DNA from: an uncultured Candidatus Saccharibacteria bacterium
GTDB lineage: Bacteria > Patescibacteriota > Doudnabacteria > UBA920
Direction of reading: 5' to 3'
Assembly (NCBI GenBank): GCA_964561365.1
Contig: CAZLPF010000001.1
Location: 14,581-78,580 of the forward strand
Length of the DNA stretch: 64,000 bases
A model generated the notes under the pieces. It was not told the DNA's origin. It made no database searches and worked only from the letters and a program-made list of their open reading frames with translations. The translations under genes and the position numbers were made by a program. Positions 24,599 to 35,756 of this stretch are shown piece by piece. How positions within the stretch are numbered: the first letter of the stretch is position 1; every line of letters begins with the position of its first letter.

Positions 24599-26497
24599 CT
24601 ACTCCCCTGCCCCGTAGAGCGGGAAGCGCGCGGTCAGCCTCCTGACCTTTTCGCGCGGGCCGAACACGAGCACGCCGAAGTGCTCGACCTCTGACAGGTC
24701 TTTCTTGCCGGTTTGCTCTACGACTTTTTTATCGCTCGTTGTTTCGATCATCTCGCGGGTGAACTCGGCCACCTCGAGGCCCGCGGCCTTGGCCTCGGCG
24801 GCGAGCTGCTGGATGTCTGCGCTCGAGTCCGCCTGCTTGATCATGATGGCGTGCTGGATGTTCAGCTTGATGCGCTTTTTGTCTTTCGTTTCTATTTCGT
24901 CCTTCATGAGCAGGCGGCGGCCGCTCCGCGCGCCGAAGGCGGCGTTCAGGTGCGCCACCGTGTTCAGCTCCTGCCAGGGCTCGAGCTTTGCGCCGCGGTT
25001 TATGAGCGCTACGGCCTCGCTGCCGCCGGTCTTTTTGCCGTCGCCCGCGCCGCGCATGTGGGGGAAGGTCACGGTTTCGCGGATGGACTTGTTCATGAGG
25101 AAGGCGAAAAACCGTTCTGACATGCCGAAGCCGAAGGCCGGCGGCATGCCGTACTCGAGCGCGGTGACGAAGTCTTCGTCGAGCATCTGGGCCTCGGCGT
25201 CGCCCTGGGCCCTCAGGCGCATCTGCTCTTCAAAGCGGGCGCGCTGGTCGTCGGCATCGTTGAGCTCGGCGAATGCGTTGCAGAGCTCTGACCCCCCGGC
25301 CACGACCTGGAAGCGCAAGACTTTGCGCGGGTTGCCCGGGTCGCGCTTCGAGAGCGGCGAAATATCCACGGGGTGGCCGGTCAGGAAGCACGGCTGCACG
25401 AGCTTGGGCCGTACCGTGCGCTTGTAAATGGCGTCAATGAGCCGGCCGGAGCCCAAAGAACCGGTATCCGGCACGCCGAGGGTGGCAGCTTTCGCGCGGA
25501 GCTCCTGCAGCCCAGCGGTATTGAGGTCAACTCCCGCGTGTTCCCGGAGCAGGTCGAAGTAGTCCAAGCGCGGGAACGGTTTCGACCAGTCTATTTCGCT
25601 GCCTTCGTACTTCGTGACAGCAGCTCCGCAGACCTTGGCGACGATTCCTTTGAAGAGCTCCTCGGTCAGGCGCATGCCGTCCTCGTGGTCGGCGAAGGCC
25701 CAGTAGAACTCCACGTCGTCGTACTCTTGGAGGTGGTCGCGGTCCATGCCCTCGTTGCGGAACAGACGGCCGATCTCGAAGATCTTGTCGTAGCCGGCCA
25801 CGAGCAGGCGCTTTAGGGCCAGCTCGAGGGAAATGCGGAGGTAAAAATCTTCGCCGAGGGCGTTGTAGTGGGTAATGAAGGGCTCGGCGTCGGCGCCCCC
25901 GGGAATGTGCTCGAGCACCGGCGTCTGGACCTCGAGGAAGCCGCGCGAGACGAGGAAGTTCCGCACGGTCTGCCAGAAGACGTTCTTTTTTACGAAGAGG
26001 TCTTTGACGTCGGGGTTCATGAGGATGTCGAGGTAGCGCTGCCGAAGGCGCGTTTCTTCGTCGGCTAAACCGAAGTATTCGGCCGGCAGTGGCCGGAGGG
26101 CTTTGCCGAGCACAATCACGGTCTTGGCTTCGAGCGAGCGCTCCCCCGTTTTCGTCAGCGTGGTTTGGCCGGCGGCTTCCACGAAGTCCCCTGCGTCGAG
26201 CGTCTCGACGAGGAGCTTAAAGGCTTCAGTCCCGACGTTCTCTTCTCGAACGAGCAGCTGCAGTTTGCCGGTACCGTCGTCAATGTGGGCGAAAGCGAGC
26301 TTTCCCATAACCCGGATGCTTCGCACCCGGCCGGCGAGGGTAAGATTTTTGCCCGCGAGCGCATCAAATTTTTCAAGCACCTCGCGAATTTCGTGGTCGC
26401 GGTTCGTGTGCGCCGGGTACAGCGGCACGCCGGCTTCCCCAAGCTTTTTCAGCTTGCCGCGCCGCACGTTCATGATGTCGTCGAGCCGTTCAGACAT
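24599..26497 (-). CDS. lysS: lysyl-tRNA synthetase (class II) with ~130-aa C-terminal extension domain
   Basis: 632 aa; N-terminal OB anticodon-binding fold; class II motifs 1-3; extra C-terminal domain ...LEPWQELNTVAHLNAAFGARSG...FGVLVFGPREKV absent from canonical ~500-aa LysRS. Confidence 0.85.
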   Translation of the reverse strand: MSERLDDIMNVRRGKLKKLGEAGVPLYPAHTNRDHEIREVLEKFDALAGKNLTLAGRVRSIRVMGKLAFAHIDDGTGKLQLLVREENVGTEAFKLLVETLDAGDFVEAAGQTTLTKTGERSLEAKTVIVLGKALRPLPAEYFGLADEETRLRQRYLDILMNPDVKDLFVKKNVFWQTVRNFLVSRGFLEVQTPVLEHIPGGADAEPFITHYNALGEDFYLRISLELALKRLLVAGYDKIFEIGRLFRNEGMDRDHLQEYDDVEFYWAFADHEDGMRLTEELFKGIVAKVCGAAVTKYEGSEIDWSKPFPRLDYFDLLREHAGVDLNTAGLQELRAKAATLGVPDTGSLGSGRLIDAIYKRTVRPKLVQPCFLTGHPVDISPLSKRDPGNPRKVLRFQVVAGGSELCNAFAELNDADDQRARFEEQMRLRAQGDAEAQMLDEDFVTALEYGMPPAFGFGMSERFFAFLMNKSIRETVTFPHMRGAGDGKKTGGSEAVALINRGAKLEPWQELNTVAHLNAAFGARSGRRLLMKDEIETKDKKRIKLNIQHAIMIKQADSSADIQQLAAEAKAAGLEVAEFTREMIETTSDKKVVEQTGKKDLSEVEHFGVLVFGPREKVRRLTARFPLYGAGE

Positions 26498-26663
26498 GGC
26501 CGCATTGTACCAAAAAAATCGGCCTTACCGAAGCCTAATTTTGCACAGGTGACCAATCTATGGTCTGATAAAAACCTGGCACGCGAAAGCCTAAAAAGCT
26601 AGAATGACACGATAGTCCAAAAGGCTATCACCGCAAATTCCAAATTCGCAGGGGGATAGTCTT

Positions 26664-29600
26664 ATGGAACTCTTGAGATTTTACCGTCGAACCGCGTTCG
26701 ATTCATCGTACGCAAAACAGATACTCGCCGCAGCGTCGTCTCGGCTCGGTCGCAATCTCGGCAGGCGCCTCGAAACCGAAACCTGCTTCTACGTTGGGCT
26801 GAAAGGCCCGATCACCGGCGGCAGGATCGCAAACCTCCACTGGCTCCTAAGGCAAACTTTCGATCGTGACGGTTTTGGGGAACGTTCGTTCCTCGGACGC
26901 GGCACGTTCAATCTCGAAGTTGGGCCACGCCTCAACTTCGTCTCGGCGTTCTCTTCGAACGCCACGAGCATTTGCCGCCGGTGCGATCTGCATGAGGTCT
27001 ACCGCCTTGAACGGTCGATCCGTTTCGGTCTCGAAGTAGAACTGTCTGAAACGGAATCCGACGCGTTCCTGGGACCTCTCCACGACCGCATGACCCAGCA
27101 GCGTTACCTCGCCCCCCTCACTACCTTTGAGCAGGCCTTTACCGTTGAACCGACCTACTACGTCCAGCTCATCGAACAAGGAATGCCGGCCCTCGAGGCT
27201 CTGAACCAGAGGCTCGGTTTGGCCTTCGACGACCAGGACTTGGAACTTTGGTACGGTCTGTTCGTAAACGTACTGAAACGAAACCCGACGAACGTCGAAC
27301 TGTTCCAAATCGCCCAGGCGAACTCGGAGCATTGCAGGCACTGGTTCTGGAAAGGCCTGCATGTCATAGATGGCGTGGCCATGACGGAATCGCTCATGGA
27401 CATTGTCCGTTCGACCATGAGGCCCGGCCGCGAGAGTTCGCTCGTGTCGTTCCACGACAACAGCGCTACGTCTCGCGGCTACAAAACGTGCATTTGGACA
27501 CCCACGAACGTGGTCGGACCCGGTCCGTACCAATTCGTCGAGTTACTCCTCCACCACATCGTTTCCGCTGAAAGCCACAACCACCCCTCAATGATTGAAC
27601 CCTTCGAGGGGGCGGCCACGGGCGTCGGCGGCGAGCTCCGCGACCGCATGGGAGCTGGCCGCGGCAGCGTTCCGATTCTCTCGTTCGCCGGATACTGCAC
27701 GGGCAACCTGCAAATCCCCGGCTCCCAAATGCCGTGGGAAGTGGGCAGCCTGCCGCACCCGGCCACGGCCGCTTCGCCCCTCGAGATTGCCATACGCGCG
27801 AGCGACGGCGCTTCTAACTACGGCAACTGCTACGGCGAGCCGGTCACCTTGGGGTTCTTTCGGACCTTCGGGGAAACCGTCTCGGGCGAGCACCGCGCCT
27901 GGTTCAAGCCCGTGGTCTACGTCGGGGGCATCGGCACCATTCAGGCAGAGCACGTCGAAAAAGGCGCGCCCGAACCGGGCATGGCCATCGTGCTCCTCGG
28001 CGGGCCCGGCTACCGCATTGGCGTCGGCGGGGGCGCGGCGAGTTCGATGCACGCGGGACAGAACACCGCGGCGCTCGACTTCGCCTCGGTCCAGCGCGGC
28101 GACCCGGAAATGGGAAGCCGTACCCGCGGCGTCATCCGGGCCTGTGTAAACCTCGGCAGCAGAAACCCCATTGTCGCGGTTCATGATTTAGGGGCCGGCG
28201 GGACCTGCAACGCCATTCCTGAAATTGCCGAACCGCTCGGCGCGCTCGTCGATCTCGCGAAAATCCCGATCGGCGACCCGAGCCTTACTGACCTCGAAGC
28301 CTGGGGCAACGAAGCCCAGGAACGCATGGTCGTTTGCGTCACCGAAGGTGGCCTGCAAATCCTCATCGCAATCTGTGAGCGTGAAGGCTGTCCGTTCGCG
28401 GTAGTGGGAACCATTACCGCCGGCGGTCAGTTTGTGCTTGAAGGTGAGGACGGTACGCCCATCGTAGATCTGCCGCTCGAACGGATTCTTGGGAATCTCC
28501 CGGCGAAACGCTTCGAACACACCACCATTCTCCAGGGCCACGAGCCGTTCGTGCTGCCAGCCGGTACCACGGTGCGGCAGGCGCTCGATCTCGTGCTCCG
28601 CCTACCGTCCGTAGCTTCGAAGCAGTGGCTGGCCAAAAAGGTCGACCGCAGCGTCGGGGGCCTCGCTGCCCAGCAGTCGTGCGTCGGTCCCTTCCACCTG
28701 CCGCTTTCCGGCTACACGGTTCGGGCCAACGGCTTCTTAGGCAAAACCGGGCAGGCGGCAAGCATCGGCGAGCAGCCCATTGTGGGCCTCGTCAATGCTG
28801 AAGCTATGGCCCGCCTTGCCCTCGCCGAAGCCTTGCTGAATATGGCAGGCGTGTATGTCGAGGACGGGTCTACGGAAGCAATCAACTGCTCGGCGAACTG
28901 GATGTGGCCAGCTAAAAAGCCAGGCGAAGGTGCCCGGCTGTACTTGGCTGCCCGCGCCCTCCGGGACGCAATGCTCGGGTGCGGCGTTGCCATCTCTCGC
29001 GGCAAGGACAGTTTGACCATGGCGGCAACGACCGAAGGCCCGTCCGGGCCTACGGTAGTGAAAGCCCCGGGCCAGCTCGTCTTAACGGCAGAGGCGGCCG
29101 TACCCGACGTCTCGCGAAAGGTGACCCCGGACCTGAAGTCCGCCGGTAACCTGCTCTACCTCGTCGAGCTCCCCGGCGGCCAACAGCGCCTCGGAGGTTC
29201 GGCCCTCGCTCAAGTTTTCGGCCAGGTCGGCAACGAGACGCCGGACGTTGAAAGTCCGGCCGATCTTCGGACCTTGTTCGAAACGCTGCAGCGGCTCGTG
29301 GGTTGCGGCTTTGTCGCCTCGCTCCAAGACCGGAGCGACGGTGGCACCATTGTCGCGCTCCTCGAAATGGCCTTTACCGGCGGTTTCGGGCTGGACCTTT
29401 CGTTCAGCGGAGCGGAGGGCAACCCCTTCCCCGCCCTGTTCAACCAAGAGCCCGGAGTCATTATTGAGGTCGAGCCAGGCTGCCTTTCGGCCGCTGAAGC
29501 CCTGCTCAAGACAGCCGGCCTACCGTATACGTTCCTCGGGACGGTCGCAGATCGGGGCGAAAACGTTACGGTCTGCTACAACGGCGGTACGCTCATCGAC

Positions 29601-30578
29601 GAGCCTATGGTTAGTCTCCGGGCAGTGTGGAGCGAGACGAGCTACCAGCTCGAGCGGCTGCAGCAAAATCCTGCCGCGGCAGAAGAAGAGCGGAACGTAA
29701 CGCGAAACCTCGTAGTGCCTCCGTTCGTGAACCTCGCGTTCGACCCCTCCTCCCCTGTCCGGACGTTCTGCGGCCAGCTACCGAAAGTGGCGGTCATCCG
29801 CGAAGAAGGCACGAACGGCGAACTCGAAATGGCCGCGGCGCTCGGTGCCGCAGGCTTCGAGGTTTGGGACGTCGCCATGCGAGACCTTGAAGCCGGGTTG
29901 GTCACCCTCGACCAGTTCCGCGGCATCGTGTTCGCCGGCGGCTTCAGTTTTGCCGACGCGCTCGACTCCGCCAAGGGCTGGGCCGGCGTAATTCTGTTCA
30001 ACGGCCGGCTCGCCGAGCAGTTCGACCGGTTCTTCAAGAACCAGAGCAAGTTCTCGCTCGGGGTCTGTAACGGCTGCCAGCTCATGGCTCTGCTCGGGGT
30101 CGTACCCGGGCTCAACCTGACTGAAGAACGGCAGCCCCGCTTCATTCACAACCGCTCCGGGCGGTTTGAATCTCGCTTCACCTACGTCCGCATCCTAACG
30201 AGCCCGAGCCTCATGCTCCGTGGCATGGAGGGTTCGGTACTCGGCACCTGGGTGGCTCACGGCGAAGGCCGCCTCCACCTTCCGGATGACGATGGCTCGC
30301 TTATGCAGCGTATCGGCATGCAGGAGCTCGCTCCCCTGCGCTACGTTGATCCGAGCGGCAGCCAGACCGAGGCCTACCCCTTCAACCCGAACGGGAGCCC
30401 CGGGGGCGTTGCCGCACTCTGTTCGCCCTGCGGCCGGCACCTGGCCATGATGCCGCACCCTGAGCGCAGCTACCAGCTGCGCCAGCTCCCCTACGTGCCG
30501 GACGGCTGGTCACCGGACATGACCGGACCGTGGCTCAGGATGTTCCAAAACGCCTACCACTGGTGCCTCGCGCACTAG
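26664..30578 (+). CDS. purL: phosphoribosylformylglycinamidine synthase, single-chain large form
   Basis: 1304 aa; N-terminal PurS-like, FGAM synthetase and C-terminal class I glutamine amidotransferase (GVCNGCQLMALLG) domains. Confidence 0.9.
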   Translation: MELLRFYRRTAFDSSYAKQILAAASSRLGRNLGRRLETETCFYVGLKGPITGGRIANLHWLLRQTFDRDGFGERSFLGRGTFNLEVGPRLNFVSAFSSNATSICRRCDLHEVYRLERSIRFGLEVELSETESDAFLGPLHDRMTQQRYLAPLTTFEQAFTVEPTYYVQLIEQGMPALEALNQRLGLAFDDQDLELWYGLFVNVLKRNPTNVELFQIAQANSEHCRHWFWKGLHVIDGVAMTESLMDIVRSTMRPGRESSLVSFHDNSATSRGYKTCIWTPTNVVGPGPYQFVELLLHHIVSAESHNHPSMIEPFEGAATGVGGELRDRMGAGRGSVPILSFAGYCTGNLQIPGSQMPWEVGSLPHPATAASPLEIAIRASDGASNYGNCYGEPVTLGFFRTFGETVSGEHRAWFKPVVYVGGIGTIQAEHVEKGAPEPGMAIVLLGGPGYRIGVGGGAASSMHAGQNTAALDFASVQRGDPEMGSRTRGVIRACVNLGSRNPIVAVHDLGAGGTCNAIPEIAEPLGALVDLAKIPIGDPSLTDLEAWGNEAQERMVVCVTEGGLQILIAICEREGCPFAVVGTITAGGQFVLEGEDGTPIVDLPLERILGNLPAKRFEHTTILQGHEPFVLPAGTTVRQALDLVLRLPSVASKQWLAKKVDRSVGGLAAQQSCVGPFHLPLSGYTVRANGFLGKTGQAASIGEQPIVGLVNAEAMARLALAEALLNMAGVYVEDGSTEAINCSANWMWPAKKPGEGARLYLAARALRDAMLGCGVAISRGKDSLTMAATTEGPSGPTVVKAPGQLVLTAEAAVPDVSRKVTPDLKSAGNLLYLVELPGGQQRLGGSALAQVFGQVGNETPDVESPADLRTLFETLQRLVGCGFVASLQDRSDGGTIVALLEMAFTGGFGLDLSFSGAEGNPFPALFNQEPGVIIEVEPGCLSAAEALLKTAGLPYTFLGTVADRGENVTVCYNGGTLIDEPMVSLRAVWSETSYQLERLQQNPAAAEEERNVTRNLVVPPFVNLAFDPSSPVRTFCGQLPKVAVIREEGTNGELEMAAALGAAGFEVWDVAMRDLEAGLVTLDQFRGIVFAGGFSFADALDSAKGWAGVILFNGRLAEQFDRFFKNQSKFSLGVCNGCQLMALLGVVPGLNLTEERQPRFIHNRSGRFESRFTYVRILTSPSLMLRGMEGSVLGTWVAHGEGRLHLPDDDGSLMQRIGMQELAPLRYVDPSGSQTEAYPFNPNGSPGGVAALCSPCGRHLAMMPHPERSYQLRQLPYVPDGWSPDMTGPWLRMFQNAYHWCLAH

Positions 30579-30594
30579 CTGTACGGCGAACTAC

Positions 30595-30630
30595 CAACAA
30601 CGAAAAGCGCCCCCCGCAATGTGCGGAGGG
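30595..30630. terminator. bidirectional rho-independent terminator between purL and greA
   Basis: agcgccccccgca-atgt-gcggagggcgct followed by T-rich tracts on both strands. Confidence 0.5.
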
Positions 30631-30645
30631 CGCTTTCTGATATTG

Positions 30646-31107
30646 CTAATCGATCGATAAAATTTCGTAAGCCACTTCGCCGGACGGCGCCTGAACGGAA
30701 AACTTTTCGCCGTTCTTTCGGCCGATCAAAGTTTTGCCCACGAGGCTCTCGTTCGAAATGCGCCCTTCCTTGGGGTTCGCCTCGTTGCTGCCGACGATGG
30801 TGTAGGTCTTGTCTACCCCGCCGACCTTCACGTGGACGGTGGAGCCGACCGTGACGGTGGAGCGGTGGGTGGCGGCGGTGATAATCTCCGCGTTCTTGAC
30901 CATCTCCTCAATTTCTTGGATTCGGCCCTCGATGAAGCTCTGCTCTTCGCGGGCCTGGGCGTAGTCGGCGTTCTCGGAAAGGTCCCCGTGCGCCGCCGCC
31001 TCACGGATGCGTTCGATGATTTCCGGTCTGCGGACGTTGACGAGCTGCTTGAGCTCCTCGGAGAGCTTCTCGAGGCCCTCTTGGGTGAGCAGGTACTTCT
31101 TGGACAT
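30646..31107 (-). CDS. greA: transcription elongation factor GreA
   Basis: 153 aa; coiled-coil N-domain with acidic tip (DLSENADY); FKBP-like C-domain. Confidence 0.9.
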   Translation of the reverse strand: MSKKYLLTQEGLEKLSEELKQLVNVRRPEIIERIREAAAHGDLSENADYAQAREEQSFIEGRIQEIEEMVKNAEIITAATHRSTVTVGSTVHVKVGGVDKTYTIVGSNEANPKEGRISNESLVGKTLIGRKNGEKFSVQAPSGEVAYEILSID

Positions 31108-31151
31108 ATCAAATTTATGTACTGGTAGGAGGGCCGCCGGTGTTGCTGCCT

Positions 31152-31180
31152 ATTCTAATGAAACCCCCGGGGTCGGTCAA
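31152..31180 (-). promoter_or_regulatory. sigma70-like promoter of greA
   Basis: On the minus strand: TTGACC, 17-nt spacer, TAGAAT, ~50 nt upstream of the greA ATG, immediately after the gyrB stop. Confidence 0.4.
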
Positions 31181-31182
31181 GC

Positions 31183-33255
<2,073 letters not shown>

Positions 33256-33324
33256 TCAAGGAAAAATCGGGAGGATATACCTACCGAATTTTACCTTACC
33301 TAAGAGGAAAATTTGCTCTCAATC

Positions 33325-35715
33325 TTACCTGATTTCTGCCCCTAATTCCTGCTGTAATTGTAGCACGATTGCGCTGTAAATTCCAGCGACTTCGGCGTCG
33401 GTTAGGGTGCGGTTTTTAGCCCGAAAAACCACGCGGACGCCGAGGTTTTTTTGACCGCGCTCGGCCAGGTTTCTGTGGAATGTTTCGGTGCTCGCGGCGT
33501 GGGCAAAGTACGGCGCGTCGAAGACATCGACGGACTCAATGAGGCCGCTCACCGGCTTAACGGTTTCGGCAATGCGCTCCCACGGCAGCCCAGACGGTAC
33601 GATGATCGAAGCATCCCGGGCGATGCTCGGGTACTCGGGGTAGCTTTGGAACGTGGCATCCCGGGTGAGCTCGCCGAGGGCCTCGAGGAACAGCTCGCCG
33701 CTCGCGACGCTGCCGGTAATGTCGAACCGTTCACCGATGTCGGGCGAAACCACCTTGCAGGTGCCAATGGCAGTGTTCCCGGCCACCACGTCAGCGTAGC
33801 CTTCGCGCGGCTCGAAGCGGAGGCCGCGGATGCCGAGGTGTCCGAGCAGGCCGACGACGTCGCCCTTCAGCTGCGAAAGCAGCAGCTCTGGGGCGTCGGC
33901 CCTGCCGAAGCGGACGAGCGCGGCGACGCGGCGTTCCTGCTCGAAGCCCTCGAACTCGCGGGCGAGCTCGAACAGGGACAGGCGCGGCGCGTGCCGCTGG
34001 TTCAGGTTCACGTTGTTGAGGAGCGGGGCGAGCGCGTGCCGTTTTAAGAGCTCATGCTCGCGGCTCAGGGGGTTGTCGATGCGTACGTAGGCGGCCGGGT
34101 CCGCGCCGAGCTTCAGGACGTCGGCCTCGGAAACGAAACTGTAGTTGTGGACTTCGCGGTAGCCGAACGACACGAGCCGGTCCTGTACGCGCTCGTTCAA
34201 TTCGCCGATCGGGTCCGCCTCCGGCGCCCGGAGCATGGGCAAGGGGCGGGGCGAGAGCTTGTTGTAGCCGCGGAGCTTCATGACCTCTTCGGCAATGTCG
34301 CTCGCGTCCTTCACGTCGCGGCGCCACCACGGCGGGGCAACGCTAACGGCCGCCGCGGCCCCGCGACCAGTGACCTTGTGCGGGAGCATGAGTTTTTTGA
34401 GGCTGCCGGAAACTTCCGCCGGAGCCACGGAAACGCCGAGGAGGTTCGAAAGCGTGGCGATGCTCGCCGAAACCCGCGGCTGCGGCTGGGGCTTTTGGCC
34501 CGCGCTGCCGAAGGCTACCGGGACCGCGCCGGCGTGGGCTACGAGCAGCTCGAGGGCCGCCGCGAGACCGACGTCGGGCAGCTCCTGGGGCAGCCCGACC
34601 TCGTGGTTGGCCGCGCCGGCTTCGGTGCGCACCCCGAGCGCCCTCGTGGTGCGGCGAATTCCCGTCGGCTCGAAGTTCGAGGCGACGAGCACGATTTCGG
34701 TGGTGGCCGGTTCGACCCCGGTGTGGAGGCCGCCCATGATGCCCGCGACGTCGAGCGCCCGGCGCTCGTCGGCAATAACAACGGTTTCTGAATCCAGCTC
34801 GTAGCGTTTTTTGTTGAGCAGCTCAATGGGCTCACCGGGCCTGGCGTAGCGCACGACCATTTTCTCGCCGAGCTTGCTGCGGTCGAAGGCGTGGAGCGGC
34901 TGGCCCCAGAGCTGGGTGACGTAGTTGGTAACGTCGACGACGTTGCTGATCGGCTTGATGCCGAGCCGCACGAGCGCCTCGCGGATGAACGGCGGGCTGT
35001 CGCCGACTTTGACGCTCGAGAGCACCACGGCGCGGTGCTGGCGGCAGGCTTTCTTGGACTCAATGGTCACCGGGTACCTCGGGAGCTTCGCGAGGTTTTT
35101 CGGGAGCGCCGGTTCCGCGGCTTTCAGCGTTCCGCCGGAAATGGCCGCGAGCGCACGGGCGAAACCGACGTGCGAGCGCAGGTCGGGGCGGTTGGCCGGG
35201 AGGCTGACGTCGACGACCCAGTCGCCCGGCGGGTAGATTTCGGACAGCGGTTTTCCGAGCGGCGTCTTTTCCGGCAGAACGTGGATGGCGTGGTCGGTAT
35301 CCGTTTCGGCCAAGCAGAGCTCGAACGCCGCGCAGATCATGCCCTGGCTCTCGACCCCCCGGATGGCGGCGCGCTCGAGCACGGAGGGCCCGGCGGCCGG
35401 GTCCCGCACGCTCCGCGGAACCGTGCTGCCGGGGCGGGCGAGCGCCACGACCTGGCCTACTTTGAGGTTCGTACCCCCGCAAACCACCGGGTAGACAGTT
35501 TCGCCACCGAGGTCGAGCGACGCGACCTTCAGGCGGTCGGCGTTCGGGTGCGGCTCGAGCTTCGTTACCCGCGCGCTGAAAATGCCCGAGAGGTCGGCGC
35601 CGGCGGGTGTTACCGACTCAACCTCGGTCAGGTGCGCGGTTACGGTTTCGGCGAGCTCGTTCGGGGCTACGCGGAAGCTCGCGAGGGATTTGAGGATATG
35701 GTAGGAAAATTTCAT
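33325..35715 (-). CDS. pheT: phenylalanyl-tRNA synthetase beta subunit
   Basis: 796 aa; tRNA-binding OB, B3/B4, B5, catalytic-like and FDX-ACB domains. Confidence 0.9.
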   Translation of the reverse strand: MKFSYHILKSLASFRVAPNELAETVTAHLTEVESVTPAGADLSGIFSARVTKLEPHPNADRLKVASLDLGGETVYPVVCGGTNLKVGQVVALARPGSTVPRSVRDPAAGPSVLERAAIRGVESQGMICAAFELCLAETDTDHAIHVLPEKTPLGKPLSEIYPPGDWVVDVSLPANRPDLRSHVGFARALAAISGGTLKAAEPALPKNLAKLPRYPVTIESKKACRQHRAVVLSSVKVGDSPPFIREALVRLGIKPISNVVDVTNYVTQLWGQPLHAFDRSKLGEKMVVRYARPGEPIELLNKKRYELDSETVVIADERRALDVAGIMGGLHTGVEPATTEIVLVASNFEPTGIRRTTRALGVRTEAGAANHEVGLPQELPDVGLAAALELLVAHAGAVPVAFGSAGQKPQPQPRVSASIATLSNLLGVSVAPAEVSGSLKKLMLPHKVTGRGAAAAVSVAPPWWRRDVKDASDIAEEVMKLRGYNKLSPRPLPMLRAPEADPIGELNERVQDRLVSFGYREVHNYSFVSEADVLKLGADPAAYVRIDNPLSREHELLKRHALAPLLNNVNLNQRHAPRLSLFELAREFEGFEQERRVAALVRFGRADAPELLLSQLKGDVVGLLGHLGIRGLRFEPREGYADVVAGNTAIGTCKVVSPDIGERFDITGSVASGELFLEALGELTRDATFQSYPEYPSIARDASIIVPSGLPWERIAETVKPVSGLIESVDVFDAPYFAHAASTETFHRNLAERGQKNLGVRVVFRAKNRTLTDAEVAGIYSAIVLQLQQELGAEIR

Positions 35716-35756
35716 ATCGGTACCGTGTCGGTCCGGCGCGGGCCGAACGGGGAAGG

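Noticed and set aside
26500-26663. Possible purine or ZTP riboswitch in the 160-nt leader of purL.
   Set aside because: Short look-alike fragments are present (UGGCACGCGAAAG, ACCGCAAAU). However, no P1/P2/P3 arrangement, no GAUAUGG/CCGUAAA loop pair and no CCGCCUGGGC ZTP motif could be assembled. Only a 7-bp stem enclosing the SD region is evident.
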